Notes: a model not told the origin generated them from the letters alone. A stretch of 36,524 bases of DNA from a virus (IMGVR_UViG_3300012667_000174:1-36524); one strand, 5' to 3'. Positions 9,196-17,039 are shown, counted from the stretch's first letter. A program made the numbers and translations.

Positions 9196-9897
9196 CTATA
9201 AATTGCTTATTTTGTTATCCCCTGTTAAAGGGTAAATCATTCGTTGATACGTATTCCACCATTCATGACTGTAAGGACTGTATTGATAGTCTTTAAAGCA
9301 TGGTGTTCCTAATGTGTGATGGATTAGTTTTGCATCTTTGTTATATACGTACTCAGTTTCTAACCAATTCCATTCAACAGGTAAATCACCTATGAATCTA
9401 TCTTCAAGCCAGCTAAACCTATGAAGGTATGAGCCAGTAGATTCCATCACCAATTCCGGTGTGAGCTTTTTGTTCTGCCAATGATGACAGTTCCATAAAA
9501 TAACTGATGACCAGTTCTTTCTAGGGTAATCTTCGTTCTTAGCTCCTAAATACTTTATAGGATGCTTTGTTTGGTAATCATGCTTTACGACCCATACAGC
9601 CTTCTCAGGTTCTTGTTCAGGGTATTTAAGTAACTCAGCTACATCGCCTGTGCATATCATGTCGCCATCACAGAACACAGCAGTACCCTTGTAATCACAT
9701 AAAGAAGGGACTAGAAATCGTGAGTAGATAAAAGCATTACTGCCATCTACGTGCTTCTCTTCATAGCCCTTGAGCGTACTTAACGCTAGTGGAGTGAATG
9801 AAACTGGAATACTGCTGTGTTCGATTACGGACTGACAGAAAGCGTGATAAGCGACTGGCTCTACCTTACTATCAAATCCGACAAATATATGTAACAT
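9196..9897 (-). CDS. GT-A fold glycosyltransferase (GT8-like)
   Basis: IFVGFD, FIYSRFLVP, DxD motif FCDGDM, RKNWSSVILWN, EWNWL and HHTLGTP motifs. Confidence 0.87.
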   Translation of the reverse strand: MLHIFVGFDSKVEPVAYHAFCQSVIEHSSIPVSFTPLALSTLKGYEEKHVDGSNAFIYSRFLVPSLCDYKGTAVFCDGDMICTGDVAELLKYPEQEPEKAVWVVKHDYQTKHPIKYLGAKNEDYPRKNWSSVILWNCHHWQNKKLTPELVMESTGSYLHRFSWLEDRFIGDLPVEWNWLETEYVYNKDAKLIHHTLGTPCFKDYQYSPYSHEWWNTYQRMIYPLTGDNKISNL

Positions 9898-10037
9898 TAT
9901 TTTTTCTTAGTGTTGAGTTCACTTCGTACAATATCACGAATCATTTTATCCATCGCAGCTTCTTTTAGCTTTTTCTTTTTCATCTCAATGGATTCTTCTT
10001 GCTTCTCTAGCTTTTCGTATGCTTTAGACTTCATCAT
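9897..10037 (-). CDS. Small basic protein, 46 aa (not in ORF track)
   Basis: Manual translation MMKSKAYEKLEKQEESIEMKKKKLKEAAMDKMIRDIVRSELNTKKK; stop overlaps the next ATG. Confidence 0.65.
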   Translation of the reverse strand: MMKSKAYEKLEKQEESIEMKKKKLKEAAMDKMIRDIVRSELNTKKK

Positions 10038-10039
10038 AG

Positions 10040-10204
10040 CTATTTGCCTTTCTTCTTAGACTTGCCAGCTTCGCTAAGAGCAATAGCAATTCCTTGTTTT
10101 GGATTGGTAACTACTTTACCGCCCTTGCCTGAGTGCAATGTGCCTTCTTTAAACTCAGTCATAACTTTGCTTATTTTCTTTTGTGCTTTAGTAGGCTTCT
10201 TCAT
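10040..10204 (-). CDS. Small basic protein, 54 aa, DUF6496-like (not in ORF track)
   Basis: MKKPTKAQKKISKVMTEFKEGTLHSGKGGKVVTNPKQGIAIALSEAGKSKKKGK; AAGGA RBS; first gene of the late operon. Confidence 0.8.
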   Translation of the reverse strand: MKKPTKAQKKISKVMTEFKEGTLHSGKGGKVVTNPKQGIAIALSEAGKSKKKGK

Positions 10205-10219
10205 TACAATCCTTTAAAC

Positions 10220-10246
10220 AAAAAAAAAGACCCACCTAAGTGAGTC
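10220..10246 (-). terminator. Intrinsic terminator in the late leader (tR'-like)
   Basis: Minus strand GACTCAC-TTAG-GTGGGTC followed by a long T-run, about 50-75 nt after the late promoter. Confidence 0.85.
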
Positions 10247-10301
10247 GAATGGAGATAGGTAAATACGTTTATTACAGACGCAACTTTCCTACTTGGTTCG
10301 T

Positions 10302-10330
10302 ATAATATCATAATTTAAGGAGTTTGTCAA
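10302..10330 (-). promoter_or_regulatory. sigma70 late promoter (pR'-like)
   Basis: TTGACA-17 nt-TATTAT on the minus strand immediately after the Q-like gene. Confidence 0.85.
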
Positions 10331-10343
10331 GTGTTATTTTATA

Positions 10344-10673
10344 TTAATGTAAATTTCGTTCGCTTAACCGTGTTTGTAGGTTATCTAACGCTAAATCATA
10401 GTTTAACTCTAACTGTGTATCTGTCATTTTAACTTTCTGTCCTAAATAGACAAAGTAAATAGCATCTCTTTGTAGTCTAGGTAGGTCATCTATCACCTGG
10501 TCTACTGTACGTGCAGATGTAATGTCAATTTCTTCACCCATCTCATCAAAAGAACTAATACCACTAGACATAAATCCTGCTGCTTTACTAGGATAGCCTA
10601 AACTCTTACCTGAGTTACCCTTCATGTAGTCTTTCCATAAGTCCAAGTAGTACAAGACTTTTCCGCTATCCAT
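10344..10673 (-). CDS. Q-like late antiterminator / sigma-region-4-like regulator
   Basis: YLDLWKDYM..SLGYPSKAAGF...TVDQVIDDLPRLQRDAIYFVYL pattern; lies after rusA and before a promoter plus terminator. Start revised to the ATG at 10673. Confidence 0.7.
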   Translation of the reverse strand: MDSGKVLYYLDLWKDYMKGNSGKSLGYPSKAAGFMSSGISSFDEMGEEIDITSARTVDQVIDDLPRLQRDAIYFVYLGQKVKMTDTQLELNYDLALDNLQTRLSERNLH

Positions 10674-10827
10674 TGCTACATCCTTTATTGCATCCAGCTT
10701 GATATGCCATCCATGCACCTTGAGTATAAACATTAGCGTAAATATCTAACTCATTGTCTTTGCTTAATATAAATTTATGTTCTTTTGCCCACTTCTCAAA
10801 AGATAGTTTTATATCTTTACTCTCCAT
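10666..10827 (-). CDS. Hypothetical protein, 53 aa (not in ORF track)
   Basis: MESKDIKLSFEKWAKEHKFILSKDNELDIYANVYTQGAWMAYQAG...; overlaps both neighbours by a few nt. Confidence 0.7.
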   Translation of the reverse strand: MESKDIKLSFEKWAKEHKFILSKDNELDIYANVYTQGAWMAYQAGCNKGCSNG

Positions 10828-11206
10828 CTATATCCCCCATAGCTTCATAGACCTGCAATATACTGTTATTTGCGCATAACACAACTTTACACATTCCACC
10901 CTTGATAACATTGCGCCTTACGCAAATAATGGTATCAATCTGTTCATCGTCAAGATATACACCAGCGTGTTCTAACGCATCTTGTAATGCTTTAATACGA
11001 TTGTCTAAATCAAACTTACGTTTGGTTGGTGGGTACAATGCAATAAAGATGGCGATTCTACCATGAATCTTAGCATTAGCTTCTATGCAAGCCTCTTGAA
11101 CTAGCCTACGAAACTCGTGTGCTTCTTTCTTTAAGTATTTGCGTTTACCTGCAAATCCCCACATATGATTGACTGTTGGTGGGAACGGAAGCGTTAGCTT
11201 AATCAT
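10817..11206 (-). CDS. rusA: RusA family Holliday junction resolvase
   Basis: LTLPFPPTVNH and PPTKRKFDLDNRIKALQDALEHAGVYLDDEQID motifs. Confidence 0.93.
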   Translation of the reverse strand: MIKLTLPFPPTVNHMWGFAGKRKYLKKEAHEFRRLVQEACIEANAKIHGRIAIFIALYPPTKRKFDLDNRIKALQDALEHAGVYLDDEQIDTIICVRRNVIKGGMCKVVLCANNSILQVYEAMGDIDGE

Positions 11207-11496
11207 TTAACCACCAGCATTTCATTCTCAATCATGTGCTTTATAGTTAGTCTATGAGCTAGTTCCCATATCTCTCTACGTTCTTCTTTAGTTAGGTCTT
11301 TACCATTATCTAGCTGTGTATGGCATGAGTGGCACATAGAAGCTACCATAGCATCACTAGCCTTGATTCCTGTACCTTTACCATCACGCTGCTGGTTAGA
11401 GTGAGCAGCACATACTGTACCATCCATACGACCACATACTTGACATGGTAACTCACGACACAGTTCTAATAACTTCTTGTTACGATAGATTGGCAT
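11203..11496 (-). CDS. Zn-binding nuclease-like protein (DUF1364/DUF968-like)
   Basis: CQVCG...AAHSNQQRDGKGTGIKASD....CHSCH motif; nin-region position. Confidence 0.75.
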   Translation of the reverse strand: MPIYRNKKLLELCRELPCQVCGRMDGTVCAAHSNQQRDGKGTGIKASDAMVASMCHSCHTQLDNGKDLTKEERREIWELAHRLTIKHMIENEMLVVK

Positions 11497-11497
11497 A

Positions 11498-11818
11498 TTA
11501 GTCCTGTAAATATACGCTACGTTCAGCGCAGAATTTCTCTACTTCATTCATAAACTCGTTAAGTTCTTCTACAGTTAGTTCAGCAGTAGATTTTAACGCA
11601 TAAATAGTACCATTAGCACCAACATATTCATTGTAGCCTAGCCATCTGTCTTTACACATCACTTTCCACCATTGGTGTGGGTGGTATAGTCCGTCTTTAC
11701 CTTTAAAGTTTTCAGACATCAGCATGAATAACTTATGTAGTCTAGCGTTTTGAGGTAAACTTCTTTTTGGTGTGTGTCCGCATAATTTACATTTTTTAGA
11801 TTCTTGCAAATTGTCCAT
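11498..11818 (-). CDS. NinB/Orf-like recombination protein
   Basis: KRSLPQNARLH and KSTAELTVEELNEFMNEVEKFCAE motifs. Confidence 0.78.
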   Translation of the reverse strand: MDNLQESKKCKLCGHTPKRSLPQNARLHKLFMLMSENFKGKDGLYHPHQWWKVMCKDRWLGYNEYVGANGTIYALKSTAELTVEELNEFMNEVEKFCAERSVYLQD

Positions 11819-12266
11819 AATACTTTTCCATTACTTCTTTTGCTACAAGTTCAGCAAATTCTAAATCATCAAAAAATCCAAAATCTGTTCTAACTTTATT
11901 AACAGTACATCTAACTCGCCATTTGCCAGTTTTTTTATTTAAATTAACATTTTTTATATTTGATATTGTTGAATCTAATGTTTTTCTATTTAAACTATTT
12001 TGACTTGCATTAGCTTCTCTTAGATTGCATATTCTATTATCAGACCTGTTTCCGTTTATATGGTCTACTTGTTCTTTTGGTAAATAACCATGAACATACA
12101 ACCAAGCTAAACGATGAGCTGGGTATCTAACATTTTTAACTTGTATTTTTATGTAGCCATTAGATATATCAATTCCACCCATAACTTTACCTGTTTTATT
12201 TTTTATAAAGATTCCATTTTCTTCATCATAAAATACTAATGATTTTAATTCTTCTTGAGTAATCAT
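11796..12266 (-). CDS. HNH homing endonuclease with C-terminal AP2-like domain
   Basis: AHRLAWLYVHG...VDHINGNRSDNRICNLREA; GKWRVRC...FGFFDDLEFA; very AT-rich. Confidence 0.92.
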   Translation of the reverse strand: MITQEELKSLVFYDEENGIFIKNKTGKVMGGIDISNGYIKIQVKNVRYPAHRLAWLYVHGYLPKEQVDHINGNRSDNRICNLREANASQNSLNRKTLDSTISNIKNVNLNKKTGKWRVRCTVNKVRTDFGFFDDLEFAELVAKEVMEKYYGQFARI

Positions 12267-12490
12267 TTGCGTTTTTTCTCCAAAGGTTTTGGCACATAAG
12301 GGTTTATCTCTTTTTTGTTTCCATCAAAATATTCAATCTTCCAACCTTTAGACTGATAAACAATGCTGTCTTTAGTTGTATGAAACTCAGCATCAGGATT
12401 CCATGACCTAATTGCTTTTACAAAGTCTTTAATAGAATCTTCACGTCTAAGTATGTTATGTGGAAATGGTTTATCTATATGGTCTTTCAT
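12263..12490 (-). CDS. Hypothetical protein
   Basis: 75-aa ORF with ATGA overlaps on both sides. Confidence 0.65.
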   Translation of the reverse strand: MKDHIDKPFPHNILRREDSIKDFVKAIRSWNPDAEFHTTKDSIVYQSKGWKIEYFDGNKKEINPYVPKPLEKKRK

Positions 12491-12657
12491 TGTAAAGTTT
12501 CACTCATAGTTTCGTAGTCCATTATCTGAAAGTACATATCTTGGTCAAACGTACAGTTACCAAAGAACGCATCAAACTTATATGAGTTCTCAAACGTCAT
12601 TAAGCATATAAACTGAGCATCGTCATCTTCACTATCGTACACTTCAACTAATATCAT
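12487..12657 (-). CDS. Small acidic protein, 56 aa (not in ORF track)
   Basis: MILVEVYDSEDDDAQFICLMTFENSYKFDAFFGNCTFDQDMYFQIMDYETMSETLQ; ATGA overlaps on both sides fill the gap exactly. Confidence 0.7.
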   Translation of the reverse strand: MILVEVYDSEDDDAQFICLMTFENSYKFDAFFGNCTFDQDMYFQIMDYETMSETLQ

Positions 12658-12857
12658 TTTGAACCACCATTAGGAACTGCAATTCCTGTGCTTGGCATTT
12701 GATATGGTACAAAAGCAGGTGGTGGAATATAAACAGGTGGTGGAGCAACAGGAACTGGAATATAAACAGGAGGCGATGGACAATTCCATCCATCTTGATA
12801 TGAACAAGCCTGTGCGTTAAAAGATAATGCTAGTAATGCTAATAATATTAATCTCAT
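12654..12857 (-). CDS. Small exported Pro-rich protein
   Basis: Signal peptide MRLILLALLALSFNAQA, two Cys, PPVYIP twice; AGGAGA RBS. Confidence 0.7.
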   Translation of the reverse strand: MRLILLALLALSFNAQACSYQDGWNCPSPPVYIPVPVAPPPVYIPPPAFVPYQMPSTGIAVPNGGSK

Positions 12858-12866
12858 GTCTATCTC

Positions 12867-13835
12867 CTAAAATTTAATTTGCCATACACGTTCATGCTGA
12901 CTTGCTTTGTATCTCATAGAAGGAGCATCAAACCACAATGCAATCTCACCCTCCCATTCACCATGACGTTGCTTATCACATATCAACAAGCAATCAGGTG
13001 CATTTAAATCTTCATCCTTAGCCTTACCACTACGTATTAACTTCTCTTTTCTTTTATTACGCCACACGGTCATTACATTGTCAACTTGATTCGTAATGTC
13101 TGCTGAACCTGCAACATCCATCTTGTTCGGTGGACTATACTCATCTTCACCCTTACGACTATGAGCAATCAAATGAACATGAACATTTAAATCTCTTGAA
13201 GCTGCACAAAGTTTATCTAAAAACTCTTTCTGTGCGTTCATATCATCAGAACGTACACCACACTTCATCAAGCTATCAATTACAAAATGCTGTATTCCTA
13301 AAGTTTCTGCTGCATAGTAAAGAACAGCAATTACTCTATCACCATTTACAGTTCCTTGTTGGTCATACATCCATAACTTTCCATCAAGAAAATTAAAGTA
13401 ATCTCCAATAAACTGCTCTGTAGGTTTTTCAGTTCCAGTAGCTTGTCTAGTCATACGCTGTAACGTGCTATATGGGTGCATCTCAAAAGAAGCTACACAT
13501 ACTTTTATATTCTGCTGCACAATTGAGTTTATAACCTGACCAACAAGCTGGCTTTTACCATGACCATTAATACCTGACCAAAGGCTTACCTCCCCTTGCC
13601 TCATCCTAAACTGTTCAAACGTCTTATCCCACGGCAACTTAGCACCTTGCAACTGTTCATCTTTATAAAAGTAATCTACAACTTCTTCTTGGTAATCAAG
13701 TGCTGACTTCACGTTAGCCTTATCTTCTTCTCTAGCCTTCATAAACGCTTCAAAGTCAACCTTTGGTAGCATCATTCCTTGACGCTTTTGCCTGGCTTCA
13801 TCTAGTGCTATTGCACCACGCTCTAAGTTACTCAT
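12867..13835 (-). CDS. SF4 (DnaB/T7 gp4-like) replicative helicase
   Basis: Walker A GINGHGKS, SFEM, VIDSL, LIAHSRK, GSADITNQVDNV and DKQRHG motifs. Confidence 0.93.
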   Translation of the reverse strand: MSNLERGAIALDEARQKRQGMMLPKVDFEAFMKAREEDKANVKSALDYQEEVVDYFYKDEQLQGAKLPWDKTFEQFRMRQGEVSLWSGINGHGKSQLVGQVINSIVQQNIKVCVASFEMHPYSTLQRMTRQATGTEKPTEQFIGDYFNFLDGKLWMYDQQGTVNGDRVIAVLYYAAETLGIQHFVIDSLMKCGVRSDDMNAQKEFLDKLCAASRDLNVHVHLIAHSRKGEDEYSPPNKMDVAGSADITNQVDNVMTVWRNKRKEKLIRSGKAKDEDLNAPDCLLICDKQRHGEWEGEIALWFDAPSMRYKASQHERVWQIKF

Positions 13836-14238
13836 AATCTATTGCCTCTCTAATACGTTCGTAAGCAACTTCTAGCCTTTCTAAGTCAGAAGGCTCTAAT
13901 TCTTTATTTTTCTTTAATTCAAAAGCCGCCATTAATACTACCTGACATTCAAACTTAACTGCACTTAGAATATCACTAGCATAAAACTTTTTTTGTACTG
14001 GAGCTTTGTATTGCTCTATTGGCTCTGGAAATAAATCAGATAACTGTAACCCTACAGATGCAACTACATCAGAAGCAGAGCATCCTTGAAAGCAATGCAA
14101 TAATATACGACCATCAGGTTCTTCTTTAATACGTAACGCTGTAGGATTAGTTCCGCTATGTGAAGGACAGCAAGCACGCCATGAATTACGACCATGTGAT
14201 TTTACTTTTGTAAGACGTTCTAAAAGTGTATTAATCAT
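13828..14238 (-). CDS. Primase-type Zn-finger domain protein (no TOPRIM domain)
   Basis: WRACCPSH...GRILLHCFQGC...VGLQLSDLF motif; upstream of the helicase. Confidence 0.8.
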   Translation of the reverse strand: MINTLLERLTKVKSHGRNSWRACCPSHSGTNPTALRIKEEPDGRILLHCFQGCSASDVVASVGLQLSDLFPEPIEQYKAPVQKKFYASDILSAVKFECQVVLMAAFELKKNKELEPSDLERLEVAYERIREAIDYE

Positions 14239-14894
14239 ATAGCACCTGCAAATATATCATTACTACCGTTAGGACTTTCATCTTCCCATCGTGCATTGTT
14301 TATGTATGTAGAAGCCATAGGACTAAAACCACGCTTCCATCCATCAGTTTCTTTTTGCCATGCAAGCGCATCTAATACTACATTCAAATCAGGTTTATGC
14401 TTATTCCATGCTTTTATTGCTTGAGCTTTACCTGCTCTATTAGGATAAACAGACCAAAATTCATCAAATCCATCATGTATGTTTTTATCTAAACTAGCCT
14501 TACCTATACTAACCTGTGGTTCCATATTGTATACATCTTGTATACATCTTGTATCCATTGTATATACATTGTTGTTTTTTAAAGATAATTGTTCTTTATG
14601 CTCAACATAAACAGTAGGTTTATATCTATCTTTTTGAATAAGATTATGTATCTTCCAATGCTTGATTACACATACGCCAGTTTCAAATGGGATAATAAAG
14701 TTTTTAGATAATAATATTTTAAGGTCATCATCAGCACATCCAAGCATACGCTGAATCTTTTTAGCATTATTAATGAAACCATCATCATCTGCACGCATAG
14801 ATAAATGAAAGTATAAGGCTTGTGTTGATAGTGGCATATCCAGGAAAGCATCGCTATCTATGATAGTCTTTGCAAACATTCTACGTTCAGCCAT
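14235..14894 (-). CDS. Replisome organiser / replication initiator (O-like)
   Basis: MAERRMFAKTIIDSDAFLDMPLSTQALYFHLSMRADDDGF N-terminus and FDEFWSVYP...ASTYINNARWEDE C-terminus. Start revised to the ATG at 14894 (GGAG RBS). Confidence 0.88.
   Translation of the reverse strand: MAERRMFAKTIIDSDAFLDMPLSTQALYFHLSMRADDDGFINNAKKIQRMLGCADDDLKILLSKNFIIPFETGVCVIKHWKIHNLIQKDRYKPTVYVEHKEQLSLKNNNVYTMDTRCIQDVYNMEPQVSIGKASLDKNIHDGFDEFWSVYPNRAGKAQAIKAWNKHKPDLNVVLDALAWQKETDGWKRGFSPMASTYINNARWEDESPNGSNDIFAGAI
14527..14569. repeat. Iteron-like tandem repeats; putative replication origin
   Basis: TTGTATACATC x2 followed by degenerate TTGTATCCAT and TGTATATACAT, in the linker of the initiator gene next to an AT-rich tract. 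Confidence 0.65.
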
Positions 14895-14905
14895 ATTTTT
14901 ACTCC

Positions 14906-14991
14906 AAAAAAAAGCCACTAAACAAAACCCTCCAGCTTTTTAGGCTGGTTGCAGGACATCCGAGTAGGATGCAGGGCTTTGATTAATGGCT
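14906..14991 (-). ncRNA. c4/CI-like antisense RNA (three-way junction plus U-tract)
   Basis: 19-bp closing stem (14991-14973 with 14931-14913; 2 GU pairs, 1 mismatch) enclosing two hairpins. Loop CTACTC and junction CCTGCAA are complementary to upstream GAGTAG and TTGCAGG. Confidence 0.72.
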
Positions 14992-15026
14992 ACTCTAAAT
15001 TAAATCACCTGCAAGTGACAGATAAC

Positions 15027-15054
15027 ATTATACAGATTTTACAGAAAAAGTCAA
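15027..15054 (-). promoter_or_regulatory. sigma70 leftward (replication operon) promoter
   Basis: TTGACT-16 nt-TATAAT on the minus strand. Confidence 0.8.
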
Positions 15055-15153
15055 GTGTTATTTTGTAACAGTTGGCAAAGTGTAAGACTTAAATGTAATT
15101 CGTGCTAATTAAAAAAACTTATTAATCTTTACTGTTTAATTTAAAAATAAATG

Positions 15154-15181
15154 TTGACACAAGTTTCAAAGTCGATACAAT
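15154..15181 (+). promoter_or_regulatory. sigma70 rightward early promoter
   Basis: TTGACA-16 nt-TACAAT with an AT-rich upstream tract. Confidence 0.78.
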
Positions 15182-15207
15182 GAACACATCAACAACAGGA
15201 GAGCAAC

Positions 15208-15303
15208 ATGGATAACTTAACAATCGTAGTATTAGGTCTTGCAGTATTCATTATAGTTTTATTAGTTGCTGAAGTATTAGCTAAATTTTTTGATTGGAAA
15301 TAA
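15208..15303 (+). CDS. 31-aa single-TM peptide, first early gene (not in ORF track)
   Basis: MDNLTIVVLGLAVFIIVLLVAEVLAKFFDWK; AGGAG RBS. Confidence 0.75.
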   Translation: MDNLTIVVLGLAVFIIVLLVAEVLAKFFDWK

Positions 15304-15305
15304 TC

Positions 15306-15527
15306 ATGGCATCTTTAGATACAACAATCAACGGTATTGAATTAACAGTTTACTACACTTGTGATTTTGAGCGTGACCAATATGGCACAGGTGATAGTCC
15401 TGATGTGTATAACATTGACATTACAGAAATAGAAGTAGCTGACAGTACAGTTAATATTATGAGCTTACTGCCTGATAGTGTTATTAGTGACATTGAAGAT
15501 GAAATTCTTGACTTGGAGGCTAACTAA
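15306..15527 (+). CDS. Small acidic early protein
   Basis: MASLDTTINGIELTVYY...; start revised to the ATG at 15306. Confidence 0.75.
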   Translation: MASLDTTINGIELTVYYTCDFERDQYGTGDSPDVYNIDITEIEVADSTVNIMSLLPDSVISDIEDEILDLEAN

Positions 15528-15529
15528 TC

Positions 15530-15709
15530 ATGCAAAGATTTCCTGACAATATTGACTGGGATGCAACAGAAGAAAAACACAATGATGCGTTTTGGGACTG
15601 GTGTATATCTAATGGCATTCATAACGAAGATTACATACTAGATAACTATGGTGATTTGTTTGAAGATTTTGCTGACGGAATAGACGATAAGGACTTTGTA
15701 TATGTGTGA
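15530..15709 (+). CDS. Small acidic/aromatic early protein, 59 aa (not in ORF track)
   Basis: MQRFPDNIDWDATEEKHNDAFWDWCISNGIHNEDYILDNYGDLFEDFADGIDDKDFVYV; GGAGG RBS. Confidence 0.75.
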   Translation: MQRFPDNIDWDATEEKHNDAFWDWCISNGIHNEDYILDNYGDLFEDFADGIDDKDFVYV

Positions 15710-15789
15710 GCAACAATACCAGGCAGAAGTATTAGACGAATTGAAACAAATAGAATATAATATCAAACTTGAAACAAAGAAAGGTGAGT

Positions 15790-15951
15790 ATGAAAGAGCA
15801 ATTAATGATAAGTGTAGACGAAGCAGCAGAGCTTTTGAACGTCACACCTGCTTGGGTCAGACGATTATGTGCCAACCAGCGAATCAATGCTGTACGAGTA
15901 GGCAATCAATGGGTAGTGTTAGACTTTAACGGATATGAAAGGACTAAATAA
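15790..15951 (+). CDS. Excisionase-like HTH DNA-binding protein
   Basis: ISVDEAAELLNVTPAWVRRLCANQRINAVRVGNQWVV motif; start revised to the ATG at 15790. Confidence 0.85.
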   Translation: MKEQLMISVDEAAELLNVTPAWVRRLCANQRINAVRVGNQWVVLDFNGYERTK

Positions 15952-16169
15952 TGATTACTAATATTTTAGTGAACCAGCAAAATTTAGAGGTCGAATACGA
16001 TTTAGATATTAGTGCTGTTTACTTTGGTGATTTAGAATCAGAGTACGTAGAGATTGATATTAAAAAAGTAGTATGGATGGGTCAAGATGTATTGCCTCTT
16101 ATTACTGCACTAGAGGATACAGAAGCACTTAAGTTAATTATTCGTGACAGATTTGAGGACATAGAATGA
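15951..16169 (+). CDS. Small acidic early protein
   Basis: 72 aa, coupled to both neighbours; pattern resembles 15306-15527. Confidence 0.7.
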   Translation: MITNILVNQQNLEVEYDLDISAVYFGDLESEYVEIDIKKVVWMGQDVLPLITALEDTEALKLIIRDRFEDIE

Positions 16170-16780
16170 GCAACGTATATACAAAACTAATGCAAGCCAG
16201 GCTAAAGCTACAAAGTACAGCTTTAAACAAATCAGGTCATAACAAGTTTGCTGGTTACAAATACTTTGAGCTTGGTGACTTCTTGCCTACAGTACAAAAC
16301 ATATTTAGTGAATTAGGATTGTGTGGTGTAGTGTCATACGATACAGAACTAGCTAAATTGACTATTACTGACGGCACAGATAGTATTGTTATCACTAGCC
16401 CTATGGGTTCAGCAGCGTTAAAAGGCTGCCATGAGGTACAAAACATTGGTGCAGTAGAAACATACCAACGTAGGTATTTATGGGTTACGGCAATGGAAAT
16501 TGTAGAGCATGATGTACTAGATGCGACTACAGGAACTGATAGTGGTACACCTGTAAAAAAGCCTGAGTCTGTAACTCCGTTAGCTGGTGCGCTTGATGGT
16601 TTTACAGCACAAGAGAAAGAACTATTACACGGATTAGCTGAAGAAGTTACGTTCTTTGTTAAAAACAATGATGTAGCTCAAGCATTAGAAGTAGCAGGTA
16701 GTTTAAGCAATGAGGAAAAGACTGCGTTATGGTCTTTATTAGATAGTAAAACACGTTCAGCAATGAAGAAAGGTATTTAA
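16166..16780 (+). CDS. erf: ERF family single-strand annealing protein
   Basis: [20 protein letters not shown] and [14 protein letters not shown] motifs. Confidence 0.9.
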   Translation: MSNVYTKLMQARLKLQSTALNKSGHNKFAGYKYFELGDFLPTVQNIFSELGLCGVVSYDTELAKLTITDGTDSIVITSPMGSAALKGCHEVQNIGAVETYQRRYLWVTAMEIVEHDVLDATTGTDSGTPVKKPESVTPLAGALDGFTAQEKELLHGLAEEVTFFVKNNDVAQALEVAGSLSNEEKTALWSLLDSKTRSAMKKGI

Positions 16781-16781
16781 A

Positions 16782-17039
16782 ATGGCACAATACGAACAAC
16801 GAGATAATAGCGGTACTCTTTTTAAGAACTTAAATAAAACAAAAGATACGCATCCTGATATGACAGGAACAGGCATGGTAAATGGAAAGGAAGTGCGTTT
16901 ATCAGCTTGGACTAAACAAGGTAAATCAAGTAAGTTTTTAAGTGTTTCATTTAGTGAGCCATACGTTAAAGAAGCAGGTGAGCCAGCTAAAGCTAATGGT
17001 TATGTAGCGGATGCGTTTGAGGACGATATTCCGTTCTAG
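16782..17039 (+). CDS. SSB-like OB-fold protein (DUF736-like)
   Basis: NSGTLFKN...HPDMTG...LSAW; acidic DDIPF tail; follows erf. Confidence 0.85.
   Translation: MAQYEQRDNSGTLFKNLNKTKDTHPDMTGTGMVNGKEVRLSAWTKQGKSSKFLSVSFSEPYVKEAGEPAKANGYVADAFEDDIPF

Noticed and set aside
14913-14991. Cloverleaf as a tRNA gene
   Set aside because: Only two internal arms, a 19-bp closing stem, and no T-loop consensus or CCA end.
15696-15929. 77-aa ORF overlapping the excisionase-like gene
   Set aside because: Its 3' half is an alternate frame of the HTH gene. The first 30 or so codons may be a real or decayed small gene, but I cannot support the full ORF.
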